From Thermodesulfovibrionales bacterium (lineage in GTDB: Bacteria; Nitrospirota; Thermodesulfovibrionia; Thermodesulfovibrionales; UBA1546), in NCBI GenBank assembly GCA_049302185.1, contig JBAQLV010000010.1:38742-102741 (forward strand): 64,000 bases of DNA, given 5' to 3'. Of the stretch, positions 20,782-30,250 are shown in pieces. Made by a program: the position numbers and the translations under genes. The notes below the pieces were generated by a model. It was not told where the DNA came from. It did not search any database and was given only the letters and a program-made list of their open reading frames with translations. Every line of letters begins with the position of its first letter. Position 1 is the stretch's first letter.

Positions 20782-21852
20782 TCATTTATGACCTCCGTAT
20801 TTGTAATATGCGGCGCAGCTTCCTTCTGTGCTTACCATGCACGCTCCGACAGGGTTTTCAGGTGTGCATACGCCTGCAAAGAGCGGGCATTCATCAGGTG
20901 TTTTTATACCTTTAAGTATCTCTCCGCAGGAGCATCCCTTCGGTTCCTGAGGGCCTGAGATAAATAAGGTTTCAATCTTAATCACTGAGTTTATGTCTCT
21001 GTGTTTGTATTTTTCTCTCAGTTTAAGCCCGCTCAATGGTATGGTCCCTATCCCTCTCCAGTATGCATCGCACGGTTCAAAATATTCGTTTATGAGAGCA
21101 ACTGCCTTAGGATTTCCTTCTTCCCTTACAACTTTTTTATATTGTATTTCAACCTCTGCTCTGTTGGATAGAATCTGTTCAAGGAGCATGTTTATCCCCT
21201 GAAGTATGTCTCCTGCTTCGAACCCTGTTATCACTGACGGCTTATGATATTTGTCGGTTATAAACTTGTATGGCTTGCTGCCTATAATTGTGCTGACATG
21301 CCCGGGAAGTATAAAGCCGTCAATTTTTACTTCGCCTGAACCCAGCAATGCGTCCAGAGCAGGGGGAACAAGTTTGTGAACAGAATATATGTAGAAGTTG
21401 CTTATTCCTCTTTTCTCCGCCTCAAACAGCGTGGCAGCTACAGAGGGAGATGTTGTCTCAAAACCTGTTGCAAAAAATACAATCTTTTTGTCTTTATTTT
21501 CTGATGCAATCTTAAGCGCATCTATCGGAGAATATAGAACTCTTATGTCAGCGCCCTCTGCCTTAGTTTCAGAGAGATTTTTCTTGATGCCGGGCACGCG
21601 CATCATGTCGCCGAAAGTCGTGAATATAACATTTTCTTTTCTTGAGATTTCCATTGCCTTCTCAATATCCTCAACTGCGGTGACGCACACCGGACACCCG
21701 GGACCGCTTATAAGGCTTAACCCATCAGGCAGCAGTTCCCTGATGCCCTGCCTGAATATAGCAACGGTATGGGTGCCGCAGACTTCCATCAGCCTTACCT
21801 GCTTTCCGATTTGCTTTGTAAGATTTTTTAATGCTTCAACTGACAAGCTCAA
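20782..21852 (-). CDS. hypD: Hydrogenase maturation protein HypD
   Basis: 356 aa with GPGCPVCV and the C-terminal Cys cluster. Confidence 0.95.
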   Translation of the reverse strand: MSLSVEALKNLTKQIGKQVRLMEVCGTHTVAIFRQGIRELLPDGLSLISGPGCPVCVTAVEDIEKAMEISRKENVIFTTFGDMMRVPGIKKNLSETKAEGADIRVLYSPIDALKIASENKDKKIVFFATGFETTSPSVAATLFEAEKRGISNFYIYSVHKLVPPALDALLGSGEVKIDGFILPGHVSTIIGSKPYKFITDKYHKPSVITGFEAGDILQGINMLLEQILSNRAEVEIQYKKVVREEGNPKAVALINEYFEPCDAYWRGIGTIPLSGLKLREKYKHRDINSVIKIETLFISGPQEPKGCSCGEILKGIKTPDECPLFAGVCTPENPVGACMVSTEGSCAAYYKYGGHK

Positions 21853-21864
21853 TGATAACTCCTT

Positions 21865-24276
21865 TTATTCTTTAGTCTGGGATGACTGTTTTATTCTTTC
21901 CCTCACTATGTATGCCTGCCCCAGCGATATGCCAGCATCATTTGCAGGAACCTTTTCATTAGTATAAACATTCATTCCTATTGATTTTAGCCTGTCTATA
22001 GTATTTTTTAGAAGATACATGTTCTGAAAAACTCCGCCACTTAAAACTACATCATGCAGCTTATGAACCATGCCGAGCCGCTGGACGACTCCGGCAATAA
22101 TTGTGACTATGGTGTTGTGAAACTTAGTGGCGATAATATCTTTTCCAATGCCTTTCGCCATATCCTGTATCAGCCTGAACAGAGTCAGGCAAAAGTCTAT
22201 TTCAATCCTGTCTTTCAATCCGATGTCAGCAGGGTAGTCTTCCTCTATGTTATCTATTGTATAAGATTCAAGCGCCATTGCTGCCTCGCCTTCAAAGGTG
22301 TTTGTGTCGCATATCCCGAGTATTGCCGAGACCGCATCAAAGAGCCTTCCTGCGCTTGATGAAAGGGGTGAGAAATCTCTGTTGTCAATGATTCTGAGAA
22401 TGCTGTTTATCTTATCACTGCCGTATTTTTCAATGAAGCCTATGGACTCCAGATAGTGCATGACCTCATCTCCCGTGATATATCTTATGTAGCTGACCGC
22501 AACTCTCCACGGCTCTCTGATTGCCGTCTCTCCTCCAGGAAGGGGGATGTATTTAAAGTGTCCTGCCCTCTTAAAGTCATCTATATCGGCAATCAGGAAT
22601 TCACTTCCCCATAGATTCCCGTCAGTTCCGTAGCCTGTGCCGTCAAATGCCACGCCTATGACTTTTCTCTTTATTCCGTTTTCTGCCATGACAGATGCAA
22701 TATGGGCATAATGATGCTGAATGCCATAAAAAGATAGTGACGAGTGACGAGTTTTTTGCTCCTGACTGCTAACTGCTGACTGCTGGGCCAGCGCCCATTT
22801 TGTTGAAAGATAATTGGGATGCAGGTCATATCCAATTGCAACAGGGTTCACCCTGTAAACTTTTTTTAGATTGCTGAGGCTTTCTTCAAAGAATTTTACA
22901 GTCTCGTAATTTTCCATATCTCCTATGTGATGGCTTGGAATAGCATAGCTTCCTTTTGTGAGGGTAAATGTGTTTTTTATATCAGCTCCGCAGCCGAGCA
23001 CTTCGGGACCATCATTGTCCAGAGATATGGGTTCAGGCGCATAGCCCCTTGAACGGCGGATAAAAATAGGTTTTGTCCTGTGAGCTAAAAAATGATTTCT
23101 TATAACAGAATCATCTACACGCATGAAGATGTCCCTGTTATGGATAAGGAGGGCATCAACCATATCGGAGAATTTTGATACTGCCTCGTCATTGCTGACA
23201 ACTATCGGCTCTTCCGAGATGTTGCCGCTGGTCATTACAAGGGATTTGAAATGGGGCATACCATTTACCCCCCCTTCGCCCCCCCTTACCAAGGGGGGGA
23301 TGGGGGGGTGGGGATAATAGAATAACAGATAATGCAGAGGCGTGTATGGGAGCATGAAGCCGATGTGCAGATTATTAGGGCTGATCGAATCAGGCAAGAG
23401 CGCTGAATTGTCTTGCGCAGTTTTTTTCCTGAGGAGCACAATCGGTCTCTTATTGGAGGTCAGGAGTTCTTGCTCTTTCTCCGATACCTCGCAGTATTTT
23501 TTAATTGTTTCTATGTCAGGAGCCATAAGCGCAAAAGGCTTGTTGTTCTTTCTTTTCCTTTCTCTTAATCTTTCAACCGCATCTTTGTTTGCGGCATCGC
23601 ATGCGATATGAAAACCGCCAAGCCCCTTTATTGCAATGATACAGCCGTCTCGTAGAAGTCTTATTGTTTCTTTTATCGGATTTTCTGCCTTATTAACTTT
23701 TAACTTTTCACTTTTAATTTTTAATTCAACATGCGGTCCGCATACCGCACATGCATTAGGCTGGGCATGGAATCTCCTGTCGGAAGTGTTGTTGTATTCG
23801 CTTTCGCATTCATTGCACATTTTAAAAACAGACATGGTGGTGTTGTGTCTATCATAAGGCACAGCATTTGTGATGGTGTATCGCGGCCCGCAGTTGATAC
23901 AGTTTATGAAAGGGTAGAGATAACGCCTGTTGTCTTTGTCAAGCATCTCTTTAAGGCAGTCATCGCATATTGAGACGTCAGAAGATATAAGCGTAAAACT
24001 TCCGCTGTCTCTGCTTTTTACTATCTCAAAATCTTTGTGCCCGTAAAGAGGCATAGGCGAAATATCAATCTTGTTTATCTCTGATAATGGAGGCGCTTCT
24101 TTTGGAAGCCTGCCTATAAATGACGTGATGTCTTCGCCTTCTATGTCAATTGCCACGCCGTCAGAGGTATTGGTCACTGTGCCTTTCAGGTTAAGGGATT
24201 TGGCAAGGTTATAGACAAAGGGCCTGAAGCCGACTCCCTGCACAACGCCTTTGATATTGATGAGGACACGGTTCAT
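21865..24276 (-). CDS. hypF: Carbamoyltransferase HypF
   Basis: 803 aa with an acylphosphatase-like N-domain, four CxxC zinc-finger motifs and YrdC-like and Kae1-like domains. It carries two repeat-derived in-frame insertions. Confidence 0.95.
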   Translation of the reverse strand: MNRVLINIKGVVQGVGFRPFVYNLAKSLNLKGTVTNTSDGVAIDIEGEDITSFIGRLPKEAPPLSEINKIDISPMPLYGHKDFEIVKSRDSGSFTLISSDVSICDDCLKEMLDKDNRRYLYPFINCINCGPRYTITNAVPYDRHNTTMSVFKMCNECESEYNNTSDRRFHAQPNACAVCGPHVELKIKSEKLKVNKAENPIKETIRLLRDGCIIAIKGLGGFHIACDAANKDAVERLRERKRKNNKPFALMAPDIETIKKYCEVSEKEQELLTSNKRPIVLLRKKTAQDNSALLPDSISPNNLHIGFMLPYTPLHYLLFYYPHPPIPPLVRGGEGGVNGMPHFKSLVMTSGNISEEPIVVSNDEAVSKFSDMVDALLIHNRDIFMRVDDSVIRNHFLAHRTKPIFIRRSRGYAPEPISLDNDGPEVLGCGADIKNTFTLTKGSYAIPSHHIGDMENYETVKFFEESLSNLKKVYRVNPVAIGYDLHPNYLSTKWALAQQSAVSSQEQKTRHSSLSFYGIQHHYAHIASVMAENGIKRKVIGVAFDGTGYGTDGNLWGSEFLIADIDDFKRAGHFKYIPLPGGETAIREPWRVAVSYIRYITGDEVMHYLESIGFIEKYGSDKINSILRIIDNRDFSPLSSSAGRLFDAVSAILGICDTNTFEGEAAMALESYTIDNIEEDYPADIGLKDRIEIDFCLTLFRLIQDMAKGIGKDIIATKFHNTIVTIIAGVVQRLGMVHKLHDVVLSGGVFQNMYLLKNTIDRLKSIGMNVYTNEKVPANDAGISLGQAYIVRERIKQSSQTKE
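22736..22786. repeat. Heptamer arrays inside hypF (AGTGACG x2; CTRACTG x3)
   Basis: Read directly. They encode the AVSSQEQKTRHSSLS stretch, which looks like an insertion relative to HypF as I know it. Confidence 0.8.
23268..23313. repeat. GC-rich palindromic mini-element, in frame in hypF
   Basis: cccccccttcgccccccttaccaagggggggatgggggggtgggg. It is the near-exact reverse complement of 45716-45759 and encodes PHPPIPPLVRGGEGG. Confidence 0.9.
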
Positions 24277-24299
24277 TTAACTTCTAACTCTTAACTTTC
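24277..24299. repeat. Heptamer array TTAACTT CTAACTC TTAACTT
   Basis: It covers the hypB stop, the hypF start spacer and the last codons of hypB. Confidence 0.75.
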
Positions 24300-24931
24300 T
24301 CTGTCAGCCAGTCCGCCCATTCCGCGATTCCCTTGCCTGTTTTGCATGAAACCTCAAATATTTTCAGCGAAGGATTTAAAGACATTGCATCTTTCCTGAT
24401 TTTCTCTATGCTTGCATTTGTATATGGCAGAAGGTCAATTTTGTTCAATATCAAGGCTGATGATTCCTGAAACATCAGGGGATATTTTAACGGCTTGTCA
24501 TCACCTTCTGTTATGCTCAAAACCATTGCCTTCATATCCTCGCCTATATTGAATTCCGCGGGGCATACAAGATTTCCTACGTTTTCAACAAAAAGCAGGT
24601 CAGTCTCCTTCAGAGGAAGAGATTCCAAAACCTCGTTAATCATGTTAGCGTCAAGATGACATGCGCCGCCTGTATTTATCTGTATAACAGGGACTCCGAG
24701 ACTGCTGATCCTTTCGGCATCAGCTGTGCCTGCAATGTCTCCTTCTATAACAGCGGGCTTTATTTTTCCGCTCAGCTCTTTTATGGTCTTTTCCAGCAGG
24801 GATGTCTTGCCTGCGCCGGGTGCGCTCATCAGGTTAATGACATAGACCCTTGCCTCGTCAAAAAGCCTGCGGTTTTCCGCTGCGATTCTCTCATTTGCCT
24901 CAAGTATCCTTGTCACGACTTTAACTTTCAC
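24284..24931 (-). CDS. hypB: Hydrogenase nickel-incorporation GTPase HypB
   Basis: 215 aa with P-loop SAPGAGKTS and CH motif GGACHLD. Confidence 0.93.
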   Translation of the reverse strand: MKVKVVTRILEANERIAAENRRLFDEARVYVINLMSAPGAGKTSLLEKTIKELSGKIKPAVIEGDIAGTADAERISSLGVPVIQINTGGACHLDANMINEVLESLPLKETDLLFVENVGNLVCPAEFNIGEDMKAMVLSITEGDDKPLKYPLMFQESSALILNKIDLLPYTNASIEKIRKDAMSLNPSLKIFEVSCKTGKGIAEWADWLTEKVKS

Positions 24932-24976
24932 TTTATTTGCCCCCTGATAGTTTTTTGCATGCTGTTAGTTTGTTCT

Positions 24977-25321
24977 TCAAAATACTTCCATATCTATGAT
25001 TTCAAGTTCACGCCCTGTTTTTATATTAAATGATGTACTGCTGCATTCAGGACAGCACAATACATATTTTTCTTCTGTGACAAAATCTTTGCCGCAGCTG
25101 CTGCACAAGCCGCTTACAGGTATCTCATCTATTATAACGCTTGCTTCTGCTGCAATTGTGTCTGCTTTGACGGCATTGAATGCAAAAAGGAGGGCGTCGA
25201 TCATTATGCCCGACGCCTTCCCAATCTTTAACCGTATTGATTCTATCCTGTTATAACCTGCTTTCCTGCAGTTGTCAACGGCAATCTCAAGTACGCTCAG
25301 CGCAATAGAAGCCTCATGCAT
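24977..25321 (-). CDS. hypA: Hydrogenase nickel-insertion protein HypA
   Basis: 114 aa with an MHE N-terminus and CxxC...CxxC zinc site. Confidence 0.9.
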   Translation of the reverse strand: MHEASIALSVLEIAVDNCRKAGYNRIESIRLKIGKASGIMIDALLFAFNAVKADTIAAEASVIIDEIPVSGLCSSCGKDFVTEEKYVLCCPECSSTSFNIKTGRELEIIDMEVF

Positions 25322-25329
25322 TATCAGGT

Positions 25330-25641
25330 CTAACCCTTGGAGAGCCTCTCTTTTTCTTTTTCGTATGCCTTTTTGCCTGCTTCAACTGCCGCAGTAATGG
25401 CGGATTTTTTTTCCTCGTAAAAGTCTTTTCCTTCCTCCACTGTTGATGTTACGCCCTTTTTGATATCCTCAACGTAGTCTTCTGCCTTTTCCCGCATATC
25501 ATCTGCGAATTCCTTTATCCTTTTTCTGGTCTCGCTTCCAGACTGCGGCGCCAAAAGCATAGCAAGCCCTGCTCCTACAATCCCTCCAAAAAGAAAGGAA
25601 AGAAATACCGTGCCTGCGCTGTGTCCGTCATTGTCTCTCAT
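25330..25641 (-). CDS. YtxH domain-containing protein
   Basis: 103 aa with GGIVGAGLAMLLAPQSGSETRKRI and a helical charged tail. Confidence 0.8.
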   Translation of the reverse strand: MRDNDGHSAGTVFLSFLFGGIVGAGLAMLLAPQSGSETRKRIKEFADDMREKAEDYVEDIKKGVTSTVEEGKDFYEEKKSAITAAVEAGKKAYEKEKERLSKG

Positions 25642-26030
25642 TTGGTACCTCCTTTTGTCAGAAAATTCTTTATTAAGACTTCAAGTGCTGTTCTAATCCC
25701 AACCCTTAATCCCGAAACCTTTATTATGGCATCCGCGCTGACTTCATTTAAAAGCACGCTTATTTTTTTTAAGTTCTGTCCGATATCCCTCACGCTGCCC
25801 GATACCAGCCTTATGTCCTCTGTGACAGAATTGACATCATCAGTGACCTTTCTCATGCCTTTCAGTGTCCGCTGAAGTTCTTCCAGCGCAGGTTTCAGGG
25901 AATCCTCTGTTGTCCTGAGAAAATCTGTGAGCGCCCTTGCTGATTTTCTCAGTTCAAGCAGCACATATACGAGAAAGCATACAACTATTAAAAAAGCAAT
26001 TGTCATGAGCGCAAACCATATCTGGTTCAT
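25638..26030 (-). CDS. DUF948-like membrane-anchored helical protein
   Basis: 130 aa with an N-terminal TM and a long helix. 4-nt overlap with the YtxH gene. Confidence 0.6.
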   Translation of the reverse strand: MNQIWFALMTIAFLIVVCFLVYVLLELRKSARALTDFLRTTEDSLKPALEELQRTLKGMRKVTDDVNSVTEDIRLVSGSVRDIGQNLKKISVLLNEVSADAIIKVSGLRVGIRTALEVLIKNFLTKGGTK

Positions 26031-26199
26031 CGTCCCTCCTCAAGTCAATTATATCACAAGCATAAATAAGGTCAATAGCCGAAGTTTAATGCTATTATAG
26101 ATGCTCTATCTCTTTATCCCGATTGCCATAAATACAACAATGTAAGTATGCCTGTATTTTATTAAAGCATTAATTCGTGAAAAATTGTTATAATTTTTT

Positions 26200-26319
26200 A
26201 TGCTTTCAGAAACAGAGATAATAATTCGTCTTGTCCTTGGCGCTGTTTTAGGCGGCATCATAGGGTTTGAAAGGCAGGTTCACGGAAGGCAGGCAGGGTT
26301 CAGGCACTCTCTGACTTAA
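26200..26319 (+). pseudogene. MgtC/SapB family N-terminal fragment (39 codons)
   Basis: MLSETEIIIRLVLGAVLGGIIGFERQVHGRQAGFR matches the start of the MgtC family. The ORF then stops. Confidence 0.55.
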
Positions 26320-26436
26320 ATTGTTTATCCTGCGTCCAACTTTATTGGTTGTAATTGACAAAGCAATAAATACTATAATATCTTATATGCCTGTAAATAG
26401 TGTAGAATAAACAGAATAAGGAAATTAATCTCTCAA

Positions 26437-27531
26437 ATGTTTTCCCCATTGATTATAAAAGGCAAAGCCATTTCGCTTCCTATTATTCAGGGCGGTATGG
26501 GCGTAGGTGTTTCCCTTTATCCTCTTGCAAGCGCTGTTGCGAGGGAAGGCGGGCTGGGCATTGTATCAAGCGCAGCTCTTGATAGGCTTGTCTCAAAGAG
26601 AACGGGGAAAAAATACAATACATACGAAGCTACATACGAAGAGGTTTGCCGCGCTAAAGAAAACGGCGGTTTTGCAGGCATAAACATTATGCGCGCGCTT
26701 GTCAGGGATTATGACGATTCTGTGAAAGGCGCTCTTGATGCAAGGGCAGATGTAATCATTTCAGGAGCAGGGCTGCCTATTTCACTGCCTACAATTCAAC
26801 CGCCAAAGGATACCGCGCTTATTCCAATCGTGTCATCTGCAAGAGCCCTTGACATCATCTGCAAGAAATGGGAGAAGAACGGTTACAGGCCTGATGCCGT
26901 TGTTTTGGAGGGACCACTTGCAGGAGGGCATCTCGGCTTTAAGATGGACGAGATTGACAGCGATGAAAACAGGCTTGAAAACCTGCTTCCGCCTGTGAAA
27001 GATATGGCTCAGAAATACGGAGGTTTTCCGGTCATTGTCGCAGGAGGTATTTATACCTATGACGACATCATCAGATTTATGAAAATGGGCGCTGATGGTG
27101 TGCAGATGGGAACCCGATTCCTTGCTACTGAGGAGAGCAGCGCAACTGTAGAATATAAACAGGCTGTTATTGATGCAAGGGAAGATGATATTGTTGTTGC
27201 GCACGATCCCGGTTCTCCATGCGGTATGCCTTTCAGGGTCATAAAGCAGTCGCCCATGTATGTCTCTACCCTGCAGAAACTGAGAAAGCCAAAATGCGAC
27301 AAAACCTATGTTCTGCTTAAGGACAAAGAAGGCAAATTCAGTCTCTGCCCTGCAAAAGAAAGCAACGAGCACCATTTCTGCATATGCAACGGTTTGCTGA
27401 GTTCAGCCGGCTACAATGCTGACAAAGAAGAGCCTCTTTATACTGTGGGCACAAATGCTCACAGAGTTGACAGGATTTTGTCAGTCAAGGATCTGATGGC
27501 AGAGTTAACCGGAAAAGCTGTTCTTGTCTGA
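26437..27531 (+). CDS. Nitronate monooxygenase / FMN-dependent NAD(P)H oxidoreductase family (FabK-like)
   Basis: 364 aa with IIQGGMGVGVS, an EGPLAGGH motif and GADGVQMGTRF. Confidence 0.85.
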   Translation: MFSPLIIKGKAISLPIIQGGMGVGVSLYPLASAVAREGGLGIVSSAALDRLVSKRTGKKYNTYEATYEEVCRAKENGGFAGINIMRALVRDYDDSVKGALDARADVIISGAGLPISLPTIQPPKDTALIPIVSSARALDIICKKWEKNGYRPDAVVLEGPLAGGHLGFKMDEIDSDENRLENLLPPVKDMAQKYGGFPVIVAGGIYTYDDIIRFMKMGADGVQMGTRFLATEESSATVEYKQAVIDAREDDIVVAHDPGSPCGMPFRVIKQSPMYVSTLQKLRKPKCDKTYVLLKDKEGKFSLCPAKESNEHHFCICNGLLSSAGYNADKEEPLYTVGTNAHRVDRILSVKDLMAELTGKAVLV

Positions 27532-27568
27532 TTGAATCCTCTGCTTTAAACTCACAGCGCCCATCTGT

Positions 27569-28735
27569 TTACTCAATCAATAAAAATGCGCATTTGAGGT
27601 ATTCTGTCTCTGGCATTGAGAGGAGGATGGGGTGGTCAGGACTTTGAGAGCTGAGGCTGAGAAGCCTGATTCTTCTTCCTGAATCCCTTGCAGAAACCTT
27701 GAGCATATCAATAAACATCTCCCTGCTGATGTGATACGAACATGAAGACGTTGCAAGGATTCCGCCTTTCTTCATAAGCCTCATGCAGATGCTGTTTAAT
27801 CCCCTGTATGCCTTCAGCGCCTCTTTAATTCTGGATGAGCTTTTCACAAATGCAGGAGGGTCAAGGACTATGAAATCATATCCCTGTTCATTTTTCTGGG
27901 ATTCACTTTTCAAAAAAGCAAAGACATCATCCTTTATGAATTTTGCTTTGTCCTGTAAATTGTTTATTTCAGCATTCTTCTTAGCTTGTGCAACTGCTTT
28001 TTCGGATTCATCAATTCCTGTGACTTCTGCTCCTGCTGATGCAAGATGGATTGACCACGCGCCTGTATAGCAGAACAGGTCAAGCCCCTTGCCGCCTTTG
28101 ATAAGATTTTTCAGGGCAATCCTGTTCTCTCTCTGGTCAAGAAAAAATCCTGTTTTCTGTCCTTCGTATGGATTAATCTCAAAGAGAATCCCATCCTCGT
28201 TTATCACAGGCAGAGTGTCCAAATTCCCTTTTACAATTTCTTTATGAAGCGCAAGCCCCTCAAGTATTCGTGAACGTCCATCGTTTCTGAGTATGATTAC
28301 TTCAGGCACTAACATCTCATCAAACAGATTTATGATTGTCTCTTTCATGGCTTCTATCCCTGCTGTGAGAAACTGAAGGACGAGGCAGTTTTTATACTTA
28401 TCTGCTATGAGTCCGGGAAGAAAATCTCCTTCACTGTAAATCAAGCGCATGGCGTCTCTTGCGCCTAAGAGTTTTTCCCTCAGCATGAGCGCATCTTTTA
28501 TACGCTTGCTGAAGAATTCCTTATCAACAGGCTCTTTGTCTCTTGTAAGGATTCTTACAGAGATGAGGCTCTGAGGGTTGATGTATCCAATGCCGATAAA
28601 GGCATCCTTCATGTCATAAAGTTCAACAATAGAGCCTGAAGCATACTTTTTTGGATTTTCATACAGCTCATTTGAAAACACCCACAGATGTCCGTCGTTA
28701 ATTCTTTTTGTCCTTTTCAGATGAATCTTTTGCAT
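27569..28735 (-). CDS. Class I SAM-dependent rRNA methyltransferase (RlmI-like, PUA domain)
   Basis: 388 aa with an N-terminal PUA-like region, DLFCYTGAWS SAM motif and VLDPPAF. Confidence 0.85.
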   Translation of the reverse strand: MQKIHLKRTKRINDGHLWVFSNELYENPKKYASGSIVELYDMKDAFIGIGYINPQSLISVRILTRDKEPVDKEFFSKRIKDALMLREKLLGARDAMRLIYSEGDFLPGLIADKYKNCLVLQFLTAGIEAMKETIINLFDEMLVPEVIILRNDGRSRILEGLALHKEIVKGNLDTLPVINEDGILFEINPYEGQKTGFFLDQRENRIALKNLIKGGKGLDLFCYTGAWSIHLASAGAEVTGIDESEKAVAQAKKNAEINNLQDKAKFIKDDVFAFLKSESQKNEQGYDFIVLDPPAFVKSSSRIKEALKAYRGLNSICMRLMKKGGILATSSCSYHISREMFIDMLKVSARDSGRRIRLLSLSSQSPDHPILLSMPETEYLKCAFLLIE

Positions 28736-28772
28736 TTCAATGATTGATTTTTTAACTTCTAACTGATTGCTA

Positions 28773-29918
28773 TCATAACATCGTATACCGATTTTTAATG
28801 GTGAATCCTCTTAATGCAGGTTTGCGGCTGCCTTTGTACTGTATTATGACCTTGTGCGTTTCTCCCATTGTACCCGGAAGAATTAATTTTTTGATTCTGG
28901 CAACTTCAAACGGATAATCAGCAGAATTTTTATGGATTTCAGCGATAACCTCATCAATACCGAGGGAAACGAGAAATACGCCCTGACGGCAGAAGCCTAT
29001 AGTTTTTATGCCGAGTTCATAACCCCATTTTTTTACTGATGAGAAATTGACATGCGCTGTGATATCCTGCTCTCCTGTATTTTGGTAAGGGTCTTCTGTT
29101 ACTTGATGCTCATGATAGCAAAGGAGTGTCCCTCTGTTTCTGTCTTCACTGTAATAGTCTTCGGAAGAATAGCCGTAGTCAATAGTTAATAAAAATCCCT
29201 CTGTTAAAGCGCGGTTTATTTCAGAAAGCCATTTTTTGATTTCAAGATTTATCTCTGTCCTATGTCCTTTCTCAAGTTCTATGGAAAACTCGTTGATGTA
29301 ATCTATTATCACGCTTGTGCTTGGCGCTCCTTTGATTTCTGTTAATTTCTCATTTTCTGCGGAAACGAATATTTCCTTGATTTCATCCTTCATCTCTATA
29401 ATATGTACAGGGAAGGCATCAAGAAGCTCGTTTGAGAGAATGCAGCCTCTTATAGCGCTGAGTTCTTTAATGGATGAGACCCATCGAACTTTGTCCGAGA
29501 ACTCAGACAAAAGATTTTTCTGGTTCTCTCTCATTAAGGGATTAAGTTCAACGATTATGTATTGCAGGTTTTTTATTATTTCTCTTTCTAACCCCTGACC
29601 CCCAATCCCTAAACCCTTGTAGTATTCAAGAATATCTTTACAGAGATAACCTACGCCTGAGCCCATTTCAACGATTTGAAAATCAGAAGGCCTGCCCATT
29701 ATCTCCCACATCTCTTCTATCTGTTTTCCAATCATCATTCCGAATGCAGGATGGAGATGAGAGCTTGTGTAGAAATCGCCGCTTCTTCCAATCCTTGTTT
29801 TTTGAGAGGTGTAATAGCCGAGTTCAGGTTCGTAGAGAGCCATCTCCATGAAGGCTCTGAATGTGATATGTCCTTCTTTTTTTATCTTGCCTATGATTTT
29901 TTGCTGAAGAGGATTCAT
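28773..29918 (-). CDS. SAM-dependent methyltransferase, MidA/NDUFAF7-like
   Basis: 381 aa with YYTS...GDFYTS and EMGSGVGYL motifs. It contains a heptamer-derived insert. Confidence 0.8.
   Translation of the reverse strand: MNPLQQKIIGKIKKEGHITFRAFMEMALYEPELGYYTSQKTRIGRSGDFYTSSHLHPAFGMMIGKQIEEMWEIMGRPSDFQIVEMGSGVGYLCKDILEYYKGLGIGGQGLEREIIKNLQYIIVELNPLMRENQKNLLSEFSDKVRWVSSIKELSAIRGCILSNELLDAFPVHIIEMKDEIKEIFVSAENEKLTEIKGAPSTSVIIDYINEFSIELEKGHRTEINLEIKKWLSEINRALTEGFLLTIDYGYSSEDYYSEDRNRGTLLCYHEHQVTEDPYQNTGEQDITAHVNFSSVKKWGYELGIKTIGFCRQGVFLVSLGIDEVIAEIHKNSADYPFEVARIKKLILPGTMGETHKVIIQYKGSRKPALRGFTIKNRYTML
29589..29616. repeat. Heptamer array TAACCCC TGACCCC CAATCCC TAAACCC inside the MidA-like gene
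   Basis: Read directly. It encodes GLGIGGQGL on the coding strand. Confidence 0.8.
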
Positions 29919-30250
29919 GTGAAGACATTATAAACTTATTTGGTGGTATACAGGCAAGGGATAGCATTTTCTCTCAAGCACCATCCCCTCCCATCATTGA
30001 GTTGTTGATAGGTAGGATTGGGGTTGAGCGATATTAGAGATTTTTCGTTTTCGTTCTTGGCGAGTGGAGCGTTACAGCCGCAACTGTCTGAACCCGAAGG
30101 GTGAGTTTTGCCCCGAAAACATTCGGGATAGTGGAATGAGCCTTAGAACGACAGAAAAATATCTGCAGAAAGCGAAACCTCTATCCTGCCTATAATTTAA
30201 TGTTAGCCTTCTTATTTGACAAACAGCCTCATTTAAAAGTAATTTAAAAC

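Noticed and set aside
20517-20958. ORFs 20517-20915 and 20728-20958 (plus strand), spanning the hypE/hypD junction, considered as possible hypC substitutes.
   Set aside because: They run antisense to hypE/hypD and through the MITE-like element. There is no MCLxxP HypC signature.
26418-26432. 14-nt match AATAAGGAAATTAA(T) upstream of the FMN oxidoreductase gene and at 33827-33841.
   Set aside because: It is an AT-rich 14-mer whose chance occurrence is plausible. The two copies have different strand relationships to their neighbouring genes.
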